This document shows positions 30,516-38,892 of a stretch of 64,000 nt of DNA, piece after piece. Source of the stretch: Acidobacteriota bacterium. Lineage in GTDB: Bacteria > Acidobacteriota > UBA6911. Below the pieces are notes generated by a model. It worked only from the letters and a program-made list of their open reading frames with translations, was not told the origin of the DNA and did no database searches. The stretch spans positions 1,440,001 to 1,504,000 of the forward strand of contig OY761556.1 of assembly GCA_963664705.1 (NCBI GenBank), written 5' to 3'. Position 1 is the first letter of the stretch. Each line of letters starts with the position of its first letter. The position numbers were made by a program, and so were the translations under genes.

Positions 30516-31610
30516 ATGGCAGATTGTATCACTTGGGTAGGGATGGATGATTCAGCAAAAAAGATAAACGTCGCAGTTTTTCGCGGGCAGGAAAGTAACC
30601 CACGAGAAGAACTTGTTGTATCAAACGACAGTACGGGGCTGGGGCGATTAGCGAAAAAGCTAAGGGCATTTGAAGATGATGTACGGTGCGTCTACGAAGC
30701 GGGCGTTAATGGATACTATTTGCAGCGCTATTTGGCCAAACATGGGATTTCTTGTGAGGTTGCGGCCCCTTCGTTGACCCCGAGACGAGCGGGGAAAAAA
30801 GTAAAAACGGATAAGCTGGATGCGAAAGCCCTGGGCAAATTGTACCGAGCGGGAGAACTAACATGTATTGTGATCCCGCAAAAAGAACAGGAAAGTCTGC
30901 GAGATCTAGTGCGCGCGCGAGAAGACGCATTGGAAGACCAGCAGCGAGCACGGCATCGATTAGCACGGTTTCTGATGCGACGTGGATTGAAATATCCGCA
31001 GGGCAAGAACTGGTCGCTTGGGCACCTAAAATGGATTAAGAGCCTTGTGTTTGAGGATGATGGGGATCAAACAGTACTGGAGGAATATCGACAGGCGCTT
31101 GAGCAACAGACGGAGCGGTTGAAAAAATTCCAGGAAAAAATCGAGGAAGTTGCAAAACAGCCGAACTATCAAAAGCGAGTCAGCTATTTGATGGCGCTAA
31201 AAGGTGTTCAGGTTCTGACGGCGATGACGATTATCGCAGAAGCGCTCGATTTAAGACGGTTCGTTGATGCGCCTTCGTTTATGGCCGCTATTGGGGTGGT
31301 GCCTTCGGAAAGCAGCTCAGGTGAACTTGAAAGACGGGGAAGGATAACCAAAACGGGAAACAGCCACCTACGTAGGGTGCTGATCGAAAGCGCCTGGCAC
31401 TACCGTCATTCTTCAGTAGCTGGCAAAACTCTCAAGAAACGACGAGAGTGTTTGCCGGCAGAAGTTATCGAGATTGCACAACGTTGCGATAAGCGATTGA
31501 ATCAAAAATTCCGACGCATGCTCAACCGAGGGAAAGAAAGACAAAAGATCGCGGTTGCGGTAAGTCGAGAATTGGCAGGATTTATCTGGGCTATCGGTCG
31601 TGTTGCATGA
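30516..31610 (+). CDS. IS110-family transposase/recombinase
   Basis: DEDD domain WVGMD…YEAG…KTDKLDA; C-terminal GVVPSESSSG and ITKTGNSHLRRVLIESAW; GAGGAG RBS. Confidence 0.95.
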   Translation: MADCITWVGMDDSAKKINVAVFRGQESNPREELVVSNDSTGLGRLAKKLRAFEDDVRCVYEAGVNGYYLQRYLAKHGISCEVAAPSLTPRRAGKKVKTDKLDAKALGKLYRAGELTCIVIPQKEQESLRDLVRAREDALEDQQRARHRLARFLMRRGLKYPQGKNWSLGHLKWIKSLVFEDDGDQTVLEEYRQALEQQTERLKKFQEKIEEVAKQPNYQKRVSYLMALKGVQVLTAMTIIAEALDLRRFVDAPSFMAAIGVVPSESSSGELERRGRITKTGNSHLRRVLIESAWHYRHSSVAGKTLKKRRECLPAEVIEIAQRCDKRLNQKFRRMLNRGKERQKIAVAVSRELAGFIWAIGRVA

Positions 31611-31682
31611 CATAAGGCACCAGCTCTTGCAGCTATTTTGTTCTTCAATGGATTAATAACGGAAACATTCGGTTAGTGAACG

Positions 31683-31866
31683 GAACAGGAGATCGAGTTC
31701 CAGGCTTCGAAAGGAGAAACCTCGACCTGGCTATGTTGGTATGGGAAACCAGAATCCACGGAAGTAGAGTGAGGCCGCTCCCGATGAATCAGTTGTCATG
31801 CGTGCTTATCGACCCGCGAATATCAGATTGATTATCGTCGCTGTTGCCAACTCGATCCCCTGTTCT
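31683..31866 (+). ncRNA. Predicted bridge/seekRNA of the IS1111-type element
   Basis: Closing stem GAACAGG-AGATCGAGTT / AACTCGATC-CCCTGTTC. Loop 1 carries CCTGGCTA and AGTAG (target); loop 2 carries TGTC and ATATCAGA (donor junction). Boundaries approximate. Confidence 0.75.
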
Positions 31867-31958
31867 TTTTACTGGCTGATTTATTTATGAACCGAAGAAA
31901 ACCAAAATGAACGAACAAGGAACGGATTGATTGTACTTGACCGATCACTCCATATCAG

Positions 31959-32191
31959 CCAGGGGTGAGCGTAGCGAACCCCTGGACTAGGATCAGGAAT
32001 AATGGAGCCCCGGCAGGGGCGAAAGAAATGTTCACACAAAAAAGGGTTGAGACCACGCGACTAAATTTGATGAAAGGTATTTTTGATAATCGCTTTCTTT
32101 CGCCCCTGCCGGGGCTGGTTCATCCTGTGGTCGACAACCAGGGGTTCGCTGCGCTCACCCCTGGCTACTCGCTGCCGGGCCTCCGGCCCTT
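31959..32191. repeat. Inverted REP doublet (left copy interrupted by the IS; right copy 32138-32168 intact)
   Basis: CCAGGGGTGAGCG(T/C)AGCGAACCCCTGG on both strands with AGCCCCGGCAGGGGCGAAAGAAA inverted arms. Confidence 0.88.
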
Positions 32192-32332
32192 GTAAATTGG
32201 AGCCAATCCGGGTCAATAATAATCGGGGCAAATTTCGGCCGCTTATCAATCAGGGTAATTTAGATCAGTCTGACTTTCTGAATTTGCTTCACGGCTGAGC
32301 TGCGGTTTGCTGACAGTCACGGGGCTTAGAGA

Positions 32333-32399
32333 AAATTACGAATTACAAATTACGAATTACGAATTACGAATGACGAATTGTGGGAAGGGCGCGGATCTC
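32333..32399. repeat. ACGAAT(T/G) heptamer array overlapping gene 3' end
   Basis: About 6 units; encodes the last ~10 codons (HNSSFVIRNS) of the minus-strand gene. Confidence 0.85.
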
Positions 32400-33039
32400 C
32401 GGGCATGCTTGAAATCAGTCCCTGGGCCAGCACGACAAGGGCGGGAATCTGGATGAGGTGGAAGATGCCGTTGTGGTCGAAAGGCCAGATGAAGGTGAAT
32501 TGCAGCGGGCTGGCCTGAATTACTGCCGCGACGATCGTCAGACTTATCCCCAGTGCAATTGTGGCCGCCCCGGGAACCTGTTTCCAGAGGGCGGCTCCCG
32601 CATAGAGCGCGATCGCGACCAGCATTCCCACTCCCTCATAAAGGATGAAGATCCTGAAACTGCCATCCGAAAACAGAGTAATCACGTAGAAAAATGCGCC
32701 GGCGGCCAGGGACGGCGCCAGCAGCCTGCGGGCAAGCTTCTCGCCAAACCCATCTACAATGCTTCCGACGACAAAAAGGGCAACATCCAACCCCAGCAGG
32801 AGATACAGAGGGTGCCACAGCATGTCGCGCGTTGCGGTCGGGAGGCTGAACCCATGGGCAATGGTGCCGAGGAACGATGAAGCCGCCAGGAGGGCGAAAA
32901 CCCATTGCCAGAGGCGAGCCTTCCAGCGATGGGAATCTGCGCGGCGGTTCATCCGGGCGGAAAGGACGAGGCACACAAACCCGAGCAGGGCGTCGGTGGC
33001 GGCCGTCGTCAATTCCGTTGCGGGGTTATTCAGGATCAT
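32350..33039 (-). CDS. Integral membrane protein (7-TM, His-containing; DUF6962-like)
   Basis: TAATD, GTIAHG, FDHNGIFHLIQ motifs; hydrophobic helices. Confidence 0.7.
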   Translation of the reverse strand: MILNNPATELTTAATDALLGFVCLVLSARMNRRADSHRWKARLWQWVFALLAASSFLGTIAHGFSLPTATRDMLWHPLYLLLGLDVALFVVGSIVDGFGEKLARRLLAPSLAAGAFFYVITLFSDGSFRIFILYEGVGMLVAIALYAGAALWKQVPGAATIALGISLTIVAAVIQASPLQFTFIWPFDHNGIFHLIQIPALVVLAQGLISSMPGDPRPSHNSSFVIRNS

Positions 33040-33059
33040 GGGCAGCGTCTTTCAGCGCA

Positions 33060-34007
33060 TCACCGAACCGCAAAGATGGCCAGGCTGCTCCCTACGGACC
33101 GGGGCGGCTTGTCCGAAGGAACGTTGATGATCTTTGCTTTCCCATCGGCAGGGTCGGCCATCGACAGCGTGGTGGATCCCCCACCGTCGAGATTGATGGC
33201 ATTGTAAACGCCATAGTCTTTTGCCATGATCCCTGCCATTTCCGCGCCGGTCAGCCCATAGCTTCCGCCGGCCCCCCTGCCGTCTGCTACGAAAATTGTC
33301 AGCACGCGATTGTTCCTGGACAGGCCAATAGCGGTGCGGGGATTCGGCACATCGTACCAGGAGCCGAGATTCGTTCCTTTCGGTGGATCGTTGGAATAAT
33401 TGCTGCCGACGGTCAGTGTTCCTTCCGGATGGGCCGTGTCTTTGTAGACCGGGATGGTGACGGCGCCCTTGGTGATGATTTGGGCGGACCCGCTGAGCGC
33501 ATTCCTGATTTTTATTTTCTCGAGGATGTGCTTGCCGTCCGGATAGCGTCGGTCGGCATGAACGAGCTTTGCGTGGTTCCCGCCGTCAATGGCGATAGCC
33601 GGTGCATAGTCGACGATGGCATAGGTTTGTTCCGGGGCTTCAAAGCCCGAGTAGACGTCACCGTCGGAAGCGGCGAGTCCGATCAGGTTGGTTTCCTTGG
33701 CGAGGACCGGCAGGTAAAAATGGCTGTTGACGGCAAGCTGGGCGCCTTCCTTTATCATGAAATCGAGCGTTGGCTGGTTGATGACTTCCAGCGCTCCCGC
33801 GCGGGGACTCAGCTTGAAGCGGAGTCCGCGGGCTTTGAGGTCAATCTGCAGAATCTTCAAATTGACCGCGCGCGGCAGATCTGGTGGCGTAATGGTGCGC
33901 TGAATCAGGGTGATACCGGAATAGGGATGCTCGATTTTCTGGGGTTGCTGGGCCAGGGCCGCGCTGCATACCAGGAGCAGAATGAGTGCAATCAGTTTTT
34001 TGGGCAT
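33060..34007 (-). CDS. Phosphodiester glycosidase (NAGPA) family protein
   Basis: NPRTAIG, DGR, AINLDGGGSTT; signal peptide. Confidence 0.88.
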   Translation of the reverse strand: MPKKLIALILLLVCSAALAQQPQKIEHPYSGITLIQRTITPPDLPRAVNLKILQIDLKARGLRFKLSPRAGALEVINQPTLDFMIKEGAQLAVNSHFYLPVLAKETNLIGLAASDGDVYSGFEAPEQTYAIVDYAPAIAIDGGNHAKLVHADRRYPDGKHILEKIKIRNALSGSAQIITKGAVTIPVYKDTAHPEGTLTVGSNYSNDPPKGTNLGSWYDVPNPRTAIGLSRNNRVLTIFVADGRGAGGSYGLTGAEMAGIMAKDYGVYNAINLDGGGSTTLSMADPADGKAKIINVPSDKPPRSVGSSLAIFAVR

Positions 34008-34180
34008 GGCGGAAAAAATCCTCTCTTTGGCAAAGCCCTCACAATTTGAGTCCTCGAGTTTCCGAGGTTACCAGAAAATTGTCGAACTGGGTGGTCAAAC
34101 TGAGGCTAGGATGTTATTTTTGATGTGTTTGCATTAATGACTAAGCTTCCAAAAGATCAACTTGTATCAGGAGATGAAGA

Positions 34181-34645
34181 ATGAAAGGTAATCCGACAGT
34201 TATCGAAGCGCTTAACGAAGCTCTTGGTGAGGAGATGACGGCAATCAACCAGTATTTCCTTCACAGCGAAATGTGTGAAAACTGGGGTTACACGAAGCTG
34301 TCTGCCTTCATTAAAAAGGAATCGATTGATGAGATGAAGCATGCGGAGAAACTGATCGAGAGGATTCTGTTCCTGGACGGTCGCCCCAACATGACCAATC
34401 TCAAGCCGCTCAACATCGGACAAAACGTGCCCGACATGATTGAAAACGACCTGAAGCTGGAACTCAGCGCCGTTGCCATGTACAACAGGCTCGTCAAGAT
34501 CGCCAATGATGCCGCGGACCAGGGATCCGTGGAGCTGCTCAAGAAGCTGCTCCAGGACGAAGAAAGCCACGTGGACGGTCTGGAAGAGCAGGCAGGAAAG
34601 ATCAAGGATATGGGCGTACAGGTCTATCTGAGCGTCCAGTCCTAG
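34181..34645 (+). CDS. bfr: Bacterioferritin
   Basis: MKGN…AINQYFLH, ESIDEMKHA, ERILFLDG, DEESH. Confidence 0.95.
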   Translation: MKGNPTVIEALNEALGEEMTAINQYFLHSEMCENWGYTKLSAFIKKESIDEMKHAEKLIERILFLDGRPNMTNLKPLNIGQNVPDMIENDLKLELSAVAMYNRLVKIANDAADQGSVELLKKLLQDEESHVDGLEEQAGKIKDMGVQVYLSVQS

Positions 34646-34649
34646 CGAG

Positions 34650-34729
34650 TGACCAATGACGAATTACGAATGACGAATTGGATCCCTTCATCCCAATTCG
34701 TCATTCAGCATTCGTCATTCGTAATTTGT
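34650..34729. repeat. Inverted pair of ACGAAT(T/G) arrays (13-bp spacer) between convergent genes
   Basis: Forward 34650-34680, reverse 34694-34729. Confidence 0.88.
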
Positions 34730-35262
34730 TATGTTCGTTTGGCGATCTTGGTTCCTTTGATCCCCACGGTAATTCCACTTCGCAGCTTTTCGACATCCTC
34801 CTGATCGTAGGGCAGTCGGTCGGAATGCTTCGGATGCCCGGACATATCATCCTTTGCTCCCATCTGGTATTTGCCCTGGAAGAGGACGTGCATCCACTGC
34901 ACAGGCTTATCCACCTTCAGGGTTGTGATCGGGCAGTGAACGACTCCTTTAGGAACATAGATAATGGTGGTTTTGTCGACGATGTGCCGTTCCTGCTCCT
35001 CGCCCATCATGATTTCGATAACTGCGCCAAACTCAAAATAATTTTGCGGGTTTCCTCCAAAGATGAAAAAAAGCTCATCGCAATCGTGAGCGTGCGGCTT
35101 GTGAATCATCACTCCCGGCTCTTTCAGGCAGAGCAACTGCATTTCAATCGGGAATCCCGAAAATTGGGCTCCCACGCAACCATCTTCGCCACACGCATGA
35201 AGCATCGGTCCTATTTCGATCGGCTCCGTCATGAAGTACTTCCCATACTTCGATCCCGCCAT
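34729..35262 (-). CDS. Cupin-fold hypothetical protein
   Basis: PHAHDCDE…YVPKGVVHCP cupin motifs; GGAGG RBS. Confidence 0.8.
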   Translation of the reverse strand: MAGSKYGKYFMTEPIEIGPMLHACGEDGCVGAQFSGFPIEMQLLCLKEPGVMIHKPHAHDCDELFFIFGGNPQNYFEFGAVIEIMMGEEQERHIVDKTTIIYVPKGVVHCPITTLKVDKPVQWMHVLFQGKYQMGAKDDMSGHPKHSDRLPYDQEDVEKLRSGITVGIKGTKIAKRT

Positions 35263-35358
35263 GATACGACCTCCTTCAGGTGAATGAGACTTCCTGCTCT
35301 TTGTTTGGATAAGAAATCGAGAGCATTTTAGACTCGTTGGATGGTGGGAAGCACGCAA

Positions 35359-35426
35359 AAATTACGAATTACGAATGACGAATGACGAATTGGGCAGGGG
35401 GAATCAATTCGTCATTTGTAATCCGT
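35359..35426. repeat. Inverted pair of ACGAAT(T/G) arrays overlapping a stop codon
   Basis: Forward 35359-35392, reverse 35405-35426. Confidence 0.85.
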
Positions 35427-36443
35427 GGAGGTCTTGATCAGGGCCTGAATATTCTCGGACGGGGTATCCGGCGGCATGCCGCCCCCGCAGGAAACGATCA
35501 ATCGGGAATGATCGCCGAGCGCGGACAGCATTTCCCGGACTGACCGGGAAACGTCCTCCGGCGTGCCGGACGCGAGTACGTCGCGTGGAGGGATGTTTCC
35601 CAGCAGCGTGATCCGATTCCCGGTCCACGCCTTCATTTCCGCAAGGGAGTGCTGGATTCCGAAATTCAGCAGGTTGATCCCGATATCCGGCAGTAGCGGG
35701 GCGCTGGCTTTGCACGGCGCATCGTTGTGAAAGAACTTCACGGTCACGTCGGCGCTGAAAAGACGCTGCAGGTAGGGCGCGCCGAAAATCTCGAAATCCC
35801 CCCGACTGATGAATCCTACGATGTCGTCCAGAAGCAGAATCCCGTCAATGGAAGGGAAGCATTCCCGCTGATAGGCGATCCATCCTTCGAGAAACTCCGT
35901 AATCATTGCAAGCAGCCGATGCATGGGTTCCGGATCGGTTTTGAGCGCCGTCATGAACTCGGTGGCTCCCATGAGGAAGGTCGCAATGTTCAGGGGACCG
36001 CGGGCCACCGCAAACCGGATTTTGTGGCCGGCATTCCTGATTTCCGGTTCGAGATGCTGAAGACGCTTGATGACGAAGGGAAGCAGCCCTTCTTTGCGCG
36101 GATTCGGTTTCTCGATCCGGTCCAGGGCGCTGACCGAACGCATTATGCGCCGGGCGAACGGGAATTCGTTTTCCTCCCACATGGATACCGCGCCGAAGGC
36201 CGAAGGCTCCGTGCACATGCCGTATTCCGACCAAAAGCCGGGCAGGAACATGGTATCGGGAAAAGTGCGGATGGCTTTCAGATTTGCATCCAGGAAGGCC
36301 CGGTCATCCGTGAAGTAGTCCAGGATTGAGTGGCCGGACCATTTCGGGAGCCACGGGCTGTCGATGATAAACCCGGTGGGAAGGACCTCCGGTTCTTCCC
36401 CTCGAATGACAGAAACCAGCGTATTCCATTGCGAATCGTTCAT
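35412..36443 (-). CDS. Uroporphyrinogen decarboxylase / MtaA-CmuA methyltransferase family protein
   Basis: FHND, LLGNIPP..VLASGTPEDV, SCGGGMPPDTP.ENI. Confidence 0.8.
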   Translation of the reverse strand: MNDSQWNTLVSVIRGEEPEVLPTGFIIDSPWLPKWSGHSILDYFTDDRAFLDANLKAIRTFPDTMFLPGFWSEYGMCTEPSAFGAVSMWEENEFPFARRIMRSVSALDRIEKPNPRKEGLLPFVIKRLQHLEPEIRNAGHKIRFAVARGPLNIATFLMGATEFMTALKTDPEPMHRLLAMITEFLEGWIAYQRECFPSIDGILLLDDIVGFISRGDFEIFGAPYLQRLFSADVTVKFFHNDAPCKASAPLLPDIGINLLNFGIQHSLAEMKAWTGNRITLLGNIPPRDVLASGTPEDVSRSVREMLSALGDHSRLIVSCGGGMPPDTPSENIQALIKTSTDYK

Positions 36444-36719
36444 GGGCGCTAATTAAAGCCAAAAACCTGCGGAAATTCCATTTAAGATTTCAGATTTCCG
36501 CCGGACACCGGAATGGGAATCGGACAAACGGGGACACCCACCATTCTTCTCGGTAGACTCCGAGACGCTCCGAGGCGTCGAGCTGGTTCAAATAATGGAT
36601 GTCCAGATTTATTCCAGATTTATACGGATTTATGTTTTCTTGAAGCGAAATCCAATTTAAAAATAGCCGTAAGAAATTAATAACTTGATTTATATGGTTC
36701 TCGGTACTATTTCTTTCCT

Positions 36720-38003
36720 ATGAACACCCTACAGTTTGGAAAACCCTACCTTGCTTTTTTGCTTTTAACGATCCTGATTCCGGTTGCGGTGGCGCAACAG
36801 CAGACAACGCCGCCGGTGGGAGGAGGGTCCAGCGGCGGGAATACGGGAGGAAATTCGCGGCCGAGTATTCCGTCGAGACCGAATTTGCCCCAGCCTCAGC
36901 CACAGCCCGGCGGTCAGGATCAGCAGTTGTCGATGCCCGTCCAGGTATTCATTTTGGGGAGAGTGGTGCGGGAGGATGGATCCCCTCCGCCGTATGGAGC
37001 GGTGATTGAGTTGAACTGCGGGGGAAGCATCACGCGGGAGGCGATTGTAGGGACAAACGGGCAATTCAGCTTCCAGTTCGGGGGTGACAACCGGCTGGCT
37101 CAGGTATTTCCGGATGCCAGTCAGAGCCTGGATCCGCCGCTTGGAGATAGCGAAAGAATGGTTGGGGGGAATTCCAGTTCCGGATTTTACGGAGGGGATG
37201 CGAGGCGGCAGCGCAGTCGTCGGATGATCGGGTGTGAAATGAGAGCGCAGCTCTCCGGGTTTCGATCGACGATACTCAATATAATGGAGGAGCCACAACA
37301 GGGGCCGAATGAAGTCGGGACTATCGTGCTCTACCCGAATGAGCGTGTTCAGGGGAGCCTGGTGAGTGTTACGAATCTGCTGGTTCCGAAGTCGGCAAGA
37401 AAGTCGGCAGAAAAGGCGAGGAAGGCGGTTCAGAAGCGGAATGCTGCGGAAGCAGAGGTTCTTTACAAGGCGGCGATCCAGGAATATCCGAAATATGCGG
37501 AAGCCTGGTTCGAACTGGGGGCTTTGTATGAAGGTCAGGGGAAGATGGACGATGCAAGGAGCGCCTATCGCGAATCCAAGCGGGTGGATGGAATGTATTT
37601 GAAGCCATACATGCGTCTCGCGCAGCTCGCTGCGGCGGACCAGGACTGGCGCGTGGCCTCGGACCTTGTGGAAAAAGCGCTCGAACTGGATTCAATCAAT
37701 CTGGTGGAAGCCTATTTTGTCAGTGCGCTGGCGCACTTCAACCTGAGGGAGTTCGATCTGTCGGAGAAGCGGGCCAAGCAGGGGCAGCGCATGGATTTTT
37801 CGAATAAATATCCGCAATTGTGCCTGATCCTGGCAAACATTTCCCTCGTACGGAGGGACTCCGACAATGGCTTGAAAGAGATGAAAAATTATCTCAAGCT
37901 GGCTCCGAATGCGGCGAACGCGGCGGTCATCCGAGCGCGCGTCCGGCAGATGGAAGAAGAGGCGAGCCAGCGGGCGGCGGGACCCAAGATCGTTGAACGT
38001 TGA
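36720..38003 (+). CDS. Secreted TPR protein with N-terminal beta-sandwich domain
   Basis: Signal peptide, G/P-rich linker, GRVVREDGSPP, TPR helices (YPKYAEAWFELG). Confidence 0.8.
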   Translation: MNTLQFGKPYLAFLLLTILIPVAVAQQQTTPPVGGGSSGGNTGGNSRPSIPSRPNLPQPQPQPGGQDQQLSMPVQVFILGRVVREDGSPPPYGAVIELNCGGSITREAIVGTNGQFSFQFGGDNRLAQVFPDASQSLDPPLGDSERMVGGNSSSGFYGGDARRQRSRRMIGCEMRAQLSGFRSTILNIMEEPQQGPNEVGTIVLYPNERVQGSLVSVTNLLVPKSARKSAEKARKAVQKRNAAEAEVLYKAAIQEYPKYAEAWFELGALYEGQGKMDDARSAYRESKRVDGMYLKPYMRLAQLAAADQDWRVASDLVEKALELDSINLVEAYFVSALAHFNLREFDLSEKRAKQGQRMDFSNKYPQLCLILANISLVRRDSDNGLKEMKNYLKLAPNAANAAVIRARVRQMEEEASQRAAGPKIVER

Positions 38004-38031
38004 ACGTTGGGACGTTTGGACGTTGGACGTT
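37991..38031. repeat. ACGTTG(G) heptamer array (left arm of pair with 38893-38935)
   Basis: Contains the upstream gene's last codons and TGA. Confidence 0.85.
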
Positions 38032-38040
38032 CGGCAAATT

Positions 38041-38868
38041 CTATGGAAATATCTGGTTCAGAATCCAGGCGGTGCGAATTCCTGCTTTTGCCAGCTGCTT
38101 TTGAATGACCGGCAGAGCTATTCTGCAGTATTCCGGACTAATCCTCGTGCCGGACGTGATCCATGCCAGTGAACCTGGGAGACGGTGTGCAGATTTCGCC
38201 AGGATCAGGCTTTCGGTTGCCCAGTCCTCCGGGCTTCCCTTGGACCATTCGGATCTATTCTTGGGGTTGGCCATAAAGCTCACATCCCACATCCAGACGT
38301 TCTCATTCTGCGTGTGACGCTCCATAATCTGCGAATCCCACAGACGGTGAAGATTGGTACCCTGACCGAAAAACTGTACTTGAAGCAAATTGCCCCCCTT
38401 GTCGTTGTCATCCCCGACATGCAAGGGTTGGTGAAGGTCCGCAATAAAGTGGACCAGAAATCTAAGAGCCATCTGCTTTTGCGCCTTTCCGGCCCCGGGA
38501 TCCTGGAGAAGGCGTCGAAAATCTTCAACCTTGCTCACCACGCATCCCTGGGCAGGACAATAGCGCCGGTCGTAGCGCGATTCGCTGATCGGAACATTGA
38601 CGTAATGCCACGTCCCGGTTCCGGTAACCTCCTGCTGCTCGTCCGCCCAGTTTGCCACGTCCGACAGTCGAACCCCGCTGCCCAGGAGACTCTCAATCGC
38701 AGTCCTGGCATGTGGCGTCAAATTGTCTTCGGCAATTCTCGCGGCAACGCGGTGCCCGATCTTCCCCCAGGCAAAAGTCTCGCAGGGAAGGAGGAGAATG
38801 TTCGCAGCTATCGAAAGGGCTATTGCCAGCCTGAGCAAGGGCGTCATCATGGGTTTCGAATATTTCAT
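38041..38868 (-). CDS. S1/P1 nuclease
   Basis: AWGKIGH, WAD, WHYVN, HFIADLHQPLH, NLHRLWD; signal peptide. Confidence 0.93.
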   Translation of the reverse strand: MKYSKPMMTPLLRLAIALSIAANILLLPCETFAWGKIGHRVAARIAEDNLTPHARTAIESLLGSGVRLSDVANWADEQQEVTGTGTWHYVNVPISESRYDRRYCPAQGCVVSKVEDFRRLLQDPGAGKAQKQMALRFLVHFIADLHQPLHVGDDNDKGGNLLQVQFFGQGTNLHRLWDSQIMERHTQNENVWMWDVSFMANPKNRSEWSKGSPEDWATESLILAKSAHRLPGSLAWITSGTRISPEYCRIALPVIQKQLAKAGIRTAWILNQIFP

Positions 38869-38892
38869 AACATTGCGTTCGGGCTATTTTGA

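Larger units (their letters stand above)
30417..31958 (+). mobile_element. Complete IS110-family element, IS1111 group, inserted in a REP
   Basis: Subterminal 15-bp IRs ATGGAGTGATCGGTC (30422-30436) / GACCGATCACTCCAT (31939-31953); AG core at both junctions; long 3' non-coding region. Removing it rebuilds GTAG-CCAGGGGTGAGCGTAGCGAACCCCTGG. Lower GC than flanks. Confidence 0.93.
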
